Position numbers and translations under genes: made by a program. A DNA stretch of 64,000 nucleotides, taken from contig CALSCP010001486.1 of NCBI GenBank assembly GCA_943704425.1, positions 1 to 64,000 of the forward strand, given 5' to 3'. Below the pieces are notes generated by a model. It ran no database searches. It was not told the origin of the DNA and worked only from the letters and a program-made list of their open reading frames with translations. This stretch comes from Ministeria vibrans ATCC 50519. Its lineage: Eukaryota; Protista; Filasterea. Positions 12,234-25,900 of the stretch are shown here, piece after piece. How positions within the stretch are numbered: position 1 is the stretch's first letter; every line of letters starts with the position of its first letter.

Positions 12234-13151
12234 TTACACGTCAAGGAAGTTGGCAGCCATGAGAAGCTCAAGCGCGACCTCAGCCTCAATGGGGAATTCT
12301 GTAGGATACGGAGTGAGTGGGAGGAGAGAAGAGGGATGGCGTCATTTTACCGGGGATCTCGTTGTTCTCTTGATTGGAGTTCTTGTGCCGCATTTTGAAG
12401 TAGAAGTACTTGCACACCTAATGGGTGCGCATGTCAGTGCATGTCAGTGCATGTCAGTGCATCTGTTGTGATGCGCAAGAAGATTGTACCTTCTCGAGGA
12501 CGTGCGAAGAGATCTCTTTGAATTCTACTACGTTGCTCTCTGCTTCTTGAAATTGACCTGCAGAGCGAAAGACAAAGTTGTGAGACAAAAAGTCGGAATG
12601 GATTGAATGATAAAAATTTGTGTTCCACAGGTCATCAAAACAAAGAAGGAACATATGTAAACGATGCTCTGTAGATTCAGTGCCATCTATGCGTATCGCT
12701 CGTAGAAACGCACGACGAGCAGTCGCGCAAAACAGAGACAAGCAGAACAATAGTAAGAGTGGTTGAGTGCCGACTCATTTCCACATCCACGCCATGTTGC
12801 TGCCCATTTGCGCGACAGCCGTGCGTCTCATTTGATACACCACCCCATGAGCTAATGATCTCATTGGAACAGCAGTCGAAAAAGGTGAGATGCGAAGCAG
12901 ATTGGACGTGAAACAGAAAAGAAGAAGTGACGAGCGAAAAAGAAGAAAAGAAAAAACCACACAGAAACGTCGTAGAGGACAACACGCACGCACACACACA
13001 TACACACATACACGCATGGCATACCTGGCCCACTTAGCATGCTCTTGATAGTGCCGCTGACCATCGCATAGTAACGCTGAACTACAAATTCATGTCCGTC
13101 GCTGCTGCGCAAGCGCACATACTGATCGCGATCTTCGTCTTCTGCCGACAT
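12234..13151 (-). CDS. ELOC: Elongin C (4 exons)
   Basis: [14 protein letters not shown]...[17 protein letters not shown]...[19 protein letters not shown]...[21 protein letters not shown]. Confidence 0.97.
12431..12462. repeat. (ATGTCAGTGC)x3 tandem in an ELOC intron
   Basis: Seen directly; reads GCACTGACAT x3 on the sense strand just before the acceptor. Confidence 0.9.
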
Positions 13152-13287
13152 CTAGCACACACCACGAGAAGCGTCGATGAAGCCAAATGGCAAATACAAA
13201 TAAATTGAATTCAATCGTCAAATAACGTCAATCTTCAATTCTTCATCTTTCGCAATCGTCAATTGACCATTCGCACTTCTTTTGCAA

Positions 13288-14489
13288 ATGTCAAGGCCGA
13301 CAAGTCGTGCGTCTTCGCCAGAGCCCGATGTGGACGCGGAGATGTTTACAGTAGAGCACCTGGCTCGGTCGCGACATGTGTTGGCGTCCGTGGCGCCCGC
13401 TTTGGCCAGGTATGGAACGGGGGACGGGTTTGGGGTCATTGGGAACCGTTTGCACCAACGCCGTGGCGCTCTGTAGTGCTGCGGGGGTTACGCTGCGCGG
13501 AGCAGCCAAGCAACTGGCGTATGCTGAAGGATTGCAGTCGAGGGGACGTCGCGAGGAGGAAGACGCAGACTGGAGTCTGGTTGGCTTGGCGGTGTGCCAC
13601 CAGTGCGGGTCGTCGCTGCAGGGCGACACGGCGACTGTGCGGCTGCACGGCGGCCATTCGCTCGAGCAACGGTACGGGCGATGGCGTCGACGCAGATGGC
13701 GAGGACACGACAGGGACGAAGTGCACCGTATCGACGACACGGCGCGCATACTGCACAGCTCGAGCAAGCGCAAGGTGTCGTCGTCGTCGTCGTCGTCGTC
13801 CATGTCACGCTCGTCGTTGGCGTCGCGCGTCTCGCTTGCGACTGTTGCCGCACTGCGTCGCAGCCTTGAGAGTAGCCTTATTGGAGGAAGTGCGTCGGCG
13901 TCGACAGCAGACCAACGGGGAGTGGTGGCGCGCGACCGGCGTGTGCTCCGCGACGAACAACGCTGTGCGGGTGCCGTCACAGTGCGCTGTCGAGCATGTA
14001 CATTCCTCCACATTCGCGCGGGACTCCGCAAAGAAGCACGGGGGCGCACGGACGCGCAGCTCGACACGGCAAGCCAGGGGACGTCGCGGTGCACATCGGG
14101 CGCTCGCACTCCGTTGCGCTCTCAAGGGGTCCCTTCCAGCTCAGGCTCAGGCGCACTCACTCCCGTCTCAGGTGTCACTCCCCGTTCAGCCTCCCCTGCT
14201 CCCGCGGCTCTCTCTGCTGTCTCTCCGTCAAGCAAAACGTCAAAGAAGAAGAACAGAAAGGTTCGTGTATATAGCCAGTAATTATTATTATTCCATCGGT
14301 TTCTATCACTCTCTCTCTCTCTGTCTGACTCCCTTTCTCTCTATCACTTTTTTTCCCCCTCTGTCTCTGTTGTGTTGCTAGAGGGACGATCTAAAGAACA
14401 TTCTTGCGCGCGCTAAAGACGCCTCGTCAAAGAGCAATGGACCCTCTGACACTCTCGAACTATCCATGTTCCTCACGAGTGGCCAATAG
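13288..14489 (+). CDS. Rpr2/RPP21/Snm1 zinc-ribbon family protein, probably the RNase MRP subunit type (C18orf21/RMP24-like)
   Basis: HLARSRHVLASVAPALA helix; CHQC...CRAC zinc pairs; basic Ser-rich tail ending LKNILARAK...LELSMFL; 3 exons. Confidence 0.7.
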
Positions 14490-14597
14490 TGAATCATCAC
14501 AAGAAAAATAAAGAACAATTATACAGCGAGAATGTAACAGTGATATTGTGAACGAAGACAGTGAGTAGGCTTGAACATTCTTGTGCTCAGTCCCAAG

Positions 14598-16824
<2,227 letters not shown>

Positions 16825-16936
16825 CGAAGATTTTGGGTTTTTGAGAATGAATGAATAATAAGTCTGTCTTTAATTTATTACAGACAATATGAATAATCTG
16901 TCTTTATAATCAATTCTTTTGGTCGCTTCTTATACA

Positions 16937-18337
16937 ATGTCACAGGGCCCTGACATTGTCAGGCTCAACGTGGGCGGCCGACTGTTTTGCACGTCGTACG
17001 CAACGCTCACGCGAATTCCCGGCACATTCTTCTCCAGGTAGAGATATTCACTGCGCAGTCCACTGCTGCCCGTTGCCCTCCCTTGCTGTCTTCTTCGTGT
17101 CTCTCTCTCTCTCTCTTTCTCTCTCTGTGTGTGTGCTGTTTGCCTGACTACTTCCTTGCCCAATCTGTCTTTTTTTTGGCGTGAATGAACTTTTCAAAAC
17201 ACATCTCGCAAAATCTCATTGAAGCACTCTCACTGGCTGTTCGGTCGGTCGGCCACGCCGTGTACAAGAGGCTGCTTGTACCTGATGGCCGTTTCCTGTG
17301 CCTCTAACCGCCGTGCTTCTCGCGTAGTCTTCTCTCGGGCAGAATACCGTCGTACAAGGAGGACGACTCGGTCTTTATCGACCGCGATCCGGACGTCTTT
17401 GCCGTGATTCTCGCCTATCTGCGCACCGAACGCATCTATCTTGCCGGCACCACCGTCTCCCTTGAAAGCCTCTACCTTGAAGCAATGTTTTACAGTACCC
17501 TCTTTTTGAGACTTGTTTGAGTGGGATACTAACGATAACCGTCGCGTTTCTGCCTCTTCCAAGGTATCACGCCGTTGACCGACAACCTGGACATGTGTCG
17601 TCTGCAGCGGACCGACGGGTGCGGCAACCTCTTGTTCAATGCGGTGCTCGAGCATCAGCCTGTCGACCGCACTGACGTGCATCCCACACGCGTCGCTGGC
17701 GTCGACGAAGGTGTCTGCTCGCTGTGCGCCCACCACAACTGGATTACCATTGCCTATCGTCATCACTTTGTCTGCTTCAGCTTCTCCGAGAGCACTTCGT
17801 GGACGCTCGAGTTCCAGTCTCCCTATTTTGACCTGCCCATTGATCGTGTTGCGCTCAACGTGCGCTACGGTGGCGGCGACAAGCTTGTGGCCTTCTCTCA
17901 AGGGGGTGTGGTGCGTCTCTACGACTGTGCCGTGGCCCAGGCGGGTGGGGCCGCCGCTGCTGCTCCTGTTCAGGTGTTTGATGTGGGCGACGCCAATGCA
18001 GTCGCAGCGGCGCGTCATCGCGAGGTCCTCCAACAACTCATCCAACATCCGCACCCGCATCCACCAGCACCCACTCCCCTCCGCCCGTCCATGCGCCCCT
18101 CTTCGTTGTCGCTCCCCTCTGGTAGTGCCAGTGTAAGCAACGGCACGCCCGAAGGCAGCGCGACCACCTCCGCACGCAACACTCCCGTTCCCCTCCACGA
18201 GGACACGCTGCCTTCTCATGCACTGCCAGGCCCATTAGCACCACCACCACAACAACAGTTGCAAGACCTACTGCAACAGCAAGCACAAGTGCAACAACAA
18301 TCGCAACAGTCAATGTCCCTTGTACAGCATCATTATC

Positions 18338-18368
<31 letters not shown>

Positions 18369-20019
18369 GCAACAACAACAACAACAACAACAACAACAGG
18401 CCGTGGTCGCTGCAGTCCCGGCCGTGCGGGGCCATGCGAGACGCCCGTCCCAAGGCTCGCGCGGCATTGTCACCACCTTCGACTTGGGTGTGCCGCCCAA
18501 TCAGCTCTTTTTTATTGGTTCTCAACTGGTGGCACTCTCGGGCGCCACGGGTCGCATTGGTCTGTGGAACTCAATGAGCCAGCATTGGCAGAACCAGTTG
18601 GTCCCGCACATCATCACGAGCCACGACTGTGCAGGCTCTCTTCTTGTCCTCGGCTACAATAATGGCGCCATCTGGTGCGAATGCAATATGTTGTCATTTG
18701 TACTCACTTTTGTCGCTTCTTTCACTCTGTTCTCTCTTCTTCTATTTGTTCTGTGTCTGTTTTGTCACTTTGTCTCCCTTTTTTTATCTTTGTTCTGTGT
18801 CTGTTCTGTCACTTTGTCTCTCTTTCTTTTATCACTTTCTGTCTCTGTTTTGTCTCTTTCTTTAGTTACTTTGTTCTCTGTTTTTTTGTATCACTTTGTT
18901 TTGTTTTTCTTTCTTCCTCTCATTTCCTTCGTTCTTTCTCTCTCTCTTAGCTATGTGGACGTCGAGAAGTTTCCTGTGCGCATGAAGGACAACGACTTGC
19001 TTGTCAACGAGCTGTATCACGACACGAGCGGCTCGCCCATCACGGCCGTCTCCGTCTACCTTTCCAGTGCAGGCGATCCAGCCGGTAAAAACTGGACGGA
19101 GATTGCGTACGGGACTGCATCCGGGCTCGTGCGCATCATCAGCCAACACCCCGAGACGGCCGGTCAAGGCCCCTTTCAGATCTCATACACTGTCCATCGT
19201 CATCCCATTGTCCGTATTGAGCTCAGCGAGCGCTTTCTCGTTTGTGGTACGCAAAAGCCAAAAAAAAAAAAACATCATCATCATCATCATCAACATCATC
19301 ATCCTCTCACTCGTTTTTTTTTACTTCTTAACAGTGTGTGAGGAGGACTCGCATGTGCGCACATTCAAAGTGACGCGTTTCCGCGGACGCATCAGCACTC
19401 AACCTGGCGCACTGCCCCTTGCTTCCTTCCACCTCACGAGCGTCGACGAGCCCAGCGACCAGGGACCGCTTGGCAATGACGAACCACAGGTACAGTTTGT
19501 GCATCGGCCATTTGCACACGTGTGTATACCCATCCCTCTTATATTATTGCGTTGCTTGTCGTTAGGTCTTTGTACAGCGCTCCAACACAGACAGTGATCG
19601 TTTGCTCATTCGCGACGCAAGTACAGGCGACCGTGTCTGTCTCATTTCAGCCATTGATCAAAGGTAAAGTGAAAAAGGCGAGCATCACTTCGTCATTTCT
19701 TAAGAGTACATGACCAACATGGATATCATCATAATAATTATTGTCGCAGTGCCATCAGTGCCTTTTGCGTTCATGAGTGTGACAGTCCGTCGCGCGTGGG
19801 CTCTCGTGCCCGTCGCTTTTTCCTGACGGGCCATGATAATGGCTCAGTCCAAATATGGGATCTTAATGTCGCTTTGGAGTACTTGAAGGACGGAAAAACT
19901 GGTAAGAGCGGCTAAACTGCGATAAAATTGACTTTAAAAACACAATATTTTCTGTAGATTTCTTGCGCGACAATGGATTTGATTTGGGTTCACTGGCACT
20001 CTTTGGAATTCACGCTTGA
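16937..20019 (+). CDS. SHKBP1: BTB/POZ + WD40 protein of the KCTD3/SHKBP1 family with a poly-Gln insertion
   Basis: [90 protein letters not shown]. Confidence 0.92.
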
Positions 20020-20401
20020 GGAGTAAAAAGACAGCCTGTGCTTAATTGAATTCAATTTTCTTACTTTTTCCTTTGCGTCTCTTTGTGTTCGTAATTACTC
20101 CCACGGCTCTCTTTTTTGTCTCCCTATTAATTATTTGTCTGTCTTTTTCATTCCCTAGAGGTCTGTATGTAATATCTCCCTTTTGTTTGTCGTTTGAGCG
20201 CCAGTACTACTGCTCAATCATTGTAACTTCTCATTTGTATCTAGAGACACTTTGCCATCTTAAAAAAGCATCTTAATTTATAACCTTGTCGCCTCTCTTC
20301 TTCTCGTCGTGAAGCCACTTTATAACTTTCAAGTTTGTAGATAATGACCTTTTTGAAATTTATAAAAATCACACGTTTTCTCTCCAAACACCATAAATGC
20401 C

Positions 20402-20539
20402 GCGATTCCCCTCACCTCATCGCAACAGGTGGGTGTATCTCTAGAGGTCCACCGACGAACGTGGCTAGCCCTCCGTGGCCCGTGAGGACGGACTCTAGAA
20501 TCGTTTACCTTCGTCGCACGCCGACTACCTTTTTTTTTT
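20402..20539 (+). ncRNA. Candidate structured RNA (three hairpins followed by T10); family unknown
   Basis: GCGAT/ATCGC stem; long stem AGGTGGGTG..TCTAGAGGTCC (20427-20450) pairing with GGACTCTAGAATCGTTTACCT (20490-20510) using several G-U pairs; GTCG/CGAC stem; T-run 20530-20539. Confidence 0.35.
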
Positions 20540-21960
20540 GAAAACCTAGAGGATGAAAGCTGAATTCATTGTACAACCCTCCGAAGCGGCTGCTCCATCC
20601 CCGCATGGGCCGAACGGTAATGAGAACGAGACTTGCATGCGCTCAAAAAGGTGCACCGGCTAGCCAAGCACACCCCCGAGCCCAGGCTAATGCAAAGCTG
20701 CGAACGCCTCGTGGTGATATATACTTACTTACTAGTTACTTACTAGTAGTTCAGAGAGCGCGATGGCCTCATTAATGGCATGAATGATGTGATATCAGCT
20801 GATGTTCCGAAAAAACAGTCTGAATACAATTATCGTTATCTAGTATATACGGCCCCTCCCAAATTTCTAGTACCAAACACTTTATTGAAACATACAGGTC
20901 TAGACAGGTTAAATGCTGCGCAGAGAGGTAATTAATTAATTACTTTTTAATAAACTTGAGCTGACGCTTTTGGTTTATAAAAGTTCATTTACGAATAATA
21001 CATTTAATAGTAATTTTCGCGATACACATTGTTCTTTAATTAAATTACTGGTTAATATTTCGCATAATGTCATGCACGTGAAAGTAGTTTACTCCAATTT
21101 GTTATATCAGGCGAAATACATAAAGTAATTTACTATACGGCTTATTTAAGCTTTCCGGCTTTTGCTGCTTCCCATTTCTCGGCGTTAGCGGTTTTGGAAG
21201 AGATTTCACTCGTGATCTTTCAGCCAAAAGTTAGCGGTTTGAATAGGAGCGGCGAGAGGCACACAACGAGGGTGAGAGTGATAGAGACGAGAGGTGAGGC
21301 AGAAATATGGGACAGAAGTACGAGTTCTTCGGAATCTGTCGCCGGAGATCGAAGCCAACTATGAGGCGCGCATTGAGAGCCGACTTCGAAGCACACCGAT
21401 AAAAATCACCCAACCTGGTGAAGCACGGGAGCATGAAAGGCAGCGGACAGCAAAGGGGGGTTTTTTTTGTATTTTTTGGAAGTTCTAGGGCAAAAGCAAG
21501 ACAATCTAACCATCCGAAGTGGCTGCTTCGGTATTTTTTTTTTGGAAGCCTTAGGGCAAAAGCTTCATTGTACAAGAGCACTGCTCAGCTGCAAGTTTTT
21601 TGACGGCGAGTATGAATCCTGTGCTGAAGGGGCGATGAAATTGAAGAAAGCGGTAGAGGAAATTGAAATGGCATGGGAGATGGACGGGGGCGAACTGGGA
21701 GAGGGCAATTAGTGCTCAATCATCAGTGCGACTGGCCACGAGCTACTGGTGACAATAGTCAAGCAGATGTACAATAGTTGAAAGAAGCTGAGAAGGTGAT
21801 GATACAGACGGTGAAGGATCCCACCTTGGTTGAGGATGAGAAAGAGAGATTATCGAGAGAGACAACATGGTAGAGCTGCATAATACATCTAGGGCTAGAG
21901 GGGACTGCCAGGCTGGGAACAGACGGCGAGGAAGACGAATGCTCCGGCCTCCGGGTTCGT
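20530..21960. mobile_element. Degenerate repeat / transposon-like relic
   Basis: Three related poly(T)-anchored units (20530-20594, 21472-21531, 21534-21586); stop-interrupted protein-like reading frames at 21290-21960; no intact gene. Confidence 0.4.
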
Positions 21961-22142
21961 TGAGTCTTCAAAGTGAGCCAACGGGTTTGCTACCGATACG
22001 CGAGACTGAAAGACGTATTAAAATTTGATATTTCGTAAAAATAACAATAATCTTATTGTAGTTTATTACTTCTTTCGACTAACTGCCCACACATTTGCCA
22101 TATCGGTTTGAACACCCCCGATTACAACCACTCGCCAGCCCA

Positions 22143-22734
22143 ATGTTTCCAAACACCCCGTCTCGCGAAGAAGCATACTTGGAGAGGCACAACATCCACG
22201 CAGTGATCCGCGAGCTCCTCGCTCGTCTCGTTGTCGAGCAACCGCCCAATGCCCGTACGGCGCTCGTAGATTTCATCGAAGATCTTAAGAGAATACGAGA
22301 CACGCCGGTAAGAAGTTGTTTCTGGTGTTCGTTATCGTTGTCAATGGCAACGCATTCACTTTGTTTTAATGTAGTCCACCAGCGCCTCCTCCGCTGCATC
22401 TTTGTTCACTCGCTCCAACCTGGAAGCAATGTTTGGGCTGTATGACGTGACTGGAACGGGAACGATGAGCTTAGAGCAGTATTCTCACGGTGAGGAAACA
22501 AACAACCGTTTGTGCACTCAATTATATATATAATCTCTAGCAATGAAATCAATTGGAGTGGACCAATTCAACGCGACGCCAGAGACAACAGTACAGGTAC
22601 ATGTGTAGATGGGCGTCAATGCGTGTTGACAGCCAGCATTGACTTGTGTACTCCAACAGGGAATGGTGTCGCGCGCAACGTTCGTTCAGGAAGCCTTACA
22701 CGCACAAGCAGAGACACTTCGGACTTTGATATGA
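22143..22734 (+). CDS. EFCAB10: EFCAB10-like protein (RIIa/DPY-30-type dimerisation domain + EF hand), 4 exons
   Basis: AYLERHNIHAVIRELLARLVVEQPPNARTALVDFIEDLK; LFTRSNLEAMFGLYDVTGTGTMSLEQYSHAMKSIG. Confidence 0.8.
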
Positions 22735-22940
22735 ATCAATACACACACCCAGGTCTACTGTCACCACTCCATATACGTACTAAATTTCGAAGAAGAGGAA
22801 GAAGCTAACAAGAAAAAAGAGCAAAACTGAAACAACAATAACATTAACTGTCTTATTATTAATCATTATTATGTCTTAGAGATATGGTGTATTGTAACTG
22901 TCAAACAATCTGAAAACAAGCATTTATAATTTCATAAAAT

Positions 22941-25900
22941 TTACGTATGTACAAGATAGGGAAGTTCCTTGCGAAGGGACTGTAGAAGCTTTTTGACGTC
23001 GGTCATCTGAAGGGAAAAGGCGCGCATCTCGGCCTGCATCTGGTGCAGTTCGGTCTGCTCGTCGACGGCCTCGCTAGTGTCTTCGAGGGCCGACGTGCGC
23101 AGACGCGGGAACCAGTCGAGAGCGCCTTCAGTGATCTTACCCTGCACGTACGATTCGGGGCCGTTGAACTCGGTGCTGGGTTTGGTGCGCAGATGAACGA
23201 CAAAGTACAGATAGGCCCACAGGTTGTGATCGTCCTACACACGGAGGGTGAGTCCCAAGAGAGAGGAAGAGAGAGAGAAGGACAGAAAGAGACAAAGAAA
23301 GAAAGAGAAAAAAGTAAAAGTAAGAGAGAAAGAGAAAGAAAGTAAGAAGAAAGAGAAAGAAAGTAAGAAGAAAAAGAAGGAAAGTAAGAAGAAAGAGAAG
23401 GAAAGTAAGAGAAAAAGAGAAGGAAAGTAAGAAGAAAGAGAAGAAAAGTAAGAGAAAAAGAGAAAGAAAGTAAGGAGAGAAAGAAAACGAAAAATAGAAA
23501 GAAAAGGACGTTACCTTGATGTGCGACTCGAAGGTAACTGCACGATTATCAAAGGCACCGCGATCAAGCCCACAAATAAAGCAGGTGTTGCGTCGGTTCT
23601 CTTCCTTCTCGTTCTTCTCCGCTCTACGCAACACAGCAAAAAAATGAGAAAATAAAAAATAAAAGAGAAAGAGAGAGAAGGGATGAAAAGCAAAGCAATC
23701 AAGAGAGAGGAGAAAAAAAGAAAAAGAACATGCGGAAAGACAATACCTGAGGTCGGCAAAAGTATCAATGATGACGCCGAAGATGAGGTTGAGAACGATG
23801 ATGATGACGAAAAAGAAGAAACTGAGATCGTAGATGATACGCGCGGCGTAGAGGGGGTCGGACGCGGACTTGGCCATGAGAACGTCGCCGATGCCCCCAC
23901 CGTTACGCAGACCGTGATTGAGCGTCGTGACAATACAGTGCAGCATCGTGTCGCACGACCGCTCGTTCTCGACCGTCTCCGTGCTGCGTGAGTAAGTACG
24001 AAAAGAGGAGCGACAAAAAACAAAATGAGACGACGAAAGATACAGGCAGAAAGAAAACGAAGGAAGAGAGCGAAACAAAGTGATACAAAAGGAAGAATAA
24101 CGCAGAACAAGATATGGGATGGACAATGAACAACAATCCAAATGACATACGTACTTGAGAAGAAAGTCATTGTGAAAGTACAAATGACCAACAATGCTAA
24201 AGAGATATATTACAATGAGGGCGAACACGGCAGTCAGAAGAATCGATTTCCCTAAGCACACATACAGCGTTAATACTTCCGGATTCATTATTGTTCAGCT
24301 GCCGAATACCGTTTCGAGTGACGGAGCGAATGACATTCTGAAGGGTCTCCTCGCGCACCACAATGTCAAGAAGCAGCAGCGCATAGAAAAAGTGGTTCCA
24401 CAGGCCAAGCAGACAACACACAAGATAACATAGATAATACACAAGCATGAAGTCCTACGAATCGCGCATGAGCCACATACTTGGGCACAAGAGATACAGA
24501 CACACATGAAAAAAAAAGAGAAAACCACAAAACACAGAACACAAACACGCACACACAAAAAAAAAACAAAGAAAAAAAAAACAAAGTGATAAAGAGAAAT
24601 CGAGAGGGAAAGAAGGAAGAAAAAAACAACGTGATAGAGAGAGAAAAAACCTCACACAAGTCACACAGATCCAAAAAACACACACACCACATACACTCGA
24701 ACAAGAACAAACACACACGCATCCACATGGAGATAATACTCCAATGCCTTACGTGGAACAGACGCTTTTTGCGAATGAGGAACATTCCGCTGTTTGCGAG
24801 GTAGCTGGCAAGAATAGTGCTGGCATTGGTGACCTGGAGCACGCCAAGACCGGCCATGATGATCTCGACGTAGTGTACATAGGCGTAGCTCACGCGCATA
24901 GGACCTCCGCCAGGCTTCTCGTCGGCAGTGGGCAGAGGAAAGAACAAAATGATGAAGGTGTTGATGAGAATGGCAAAGAAAAAACTCATGCGCGACCAGC
25001 CTCGCATGTTGCGGCTGAACCAGTACAGCGCCGGCTTCTTCTGCAGGTCGTACTGCCAGCACATTTCGTGATACAGATCGTTCATGCGTGAGAAGAAGTG
25101 CGCCACTTTGGACCCTTGGTCGTCGCGCTTGGTGTTCATGAGCACTTCCTGTTTGCTCTGGTCCGTCAAAAACTACAGACAGAAAGAGATGGTGATAAAT
25201 AGATGCATAGTTAGAAAAACATAGTGATAAAGAGAGAGGGAGCAATAAAGAAAGGTGAACAAGCAAAAGAAAACAAAAGCGAGAAAAGAAAAAGAAAATA
25301 GTACAGAACGACAAAGAGAACAAAGAAAGTCGAGAAAACAAGTGTGAGAGAAAATAAAACAACCAAGAACAAAAAGAAAGAGAGAGAATAATATCGAACA
25401 AGCAGGAGAACAAGCAAAGAAAGGAGTAAAAGAATTAGACAAAAACAAATGAGAGAGAAAGGACAAACAACAAAGAACAAAAAAAGAAAAGAAAAAATTA
25501 TCTTACGTGACAAATGTCGGGTATGGGAAAGCAAATCTTCTCGAGCTTGGAATGGCGAGCAATCTCAACGTGACCGGTGTGGGACGGGTAGAAGGCAAGG
25601 CTCTGGGAGGAGGGATTGGGGGTGCGAAGAGCAGCGGCAAGAATGGCATTGTTGTCGGCGAGCGTGTAGAGGAGAATGTAGAGGTTGTGGCCGACGGTGT
25701 TGACGTCGCTTGCGTCCATATTGGCCGCGCCCGGCTGCACACCCCACGACAAGTTCTGCTCGTAGATCCACTCAAGCACAGACAGCATTTGTTTCACGTC
25801 CAAGTGCAGATTGATGCGATCCACCATCTCAGCCGAAAGGCCACTCTCAATCATGCTCAGCAGCAAAATCACCGCCGTCCCCTTCAGTTCCACGACCAGG

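Noticed and set aside
20721-20830. ATACTTAC (U1 5' end-like) and ATGATGT...CTGA (C/D box-like)
   Set aside because: ATACTTAC is followed by TT within a TTACT repeat, not CTG; the C/D span is too short and the C box imperfect
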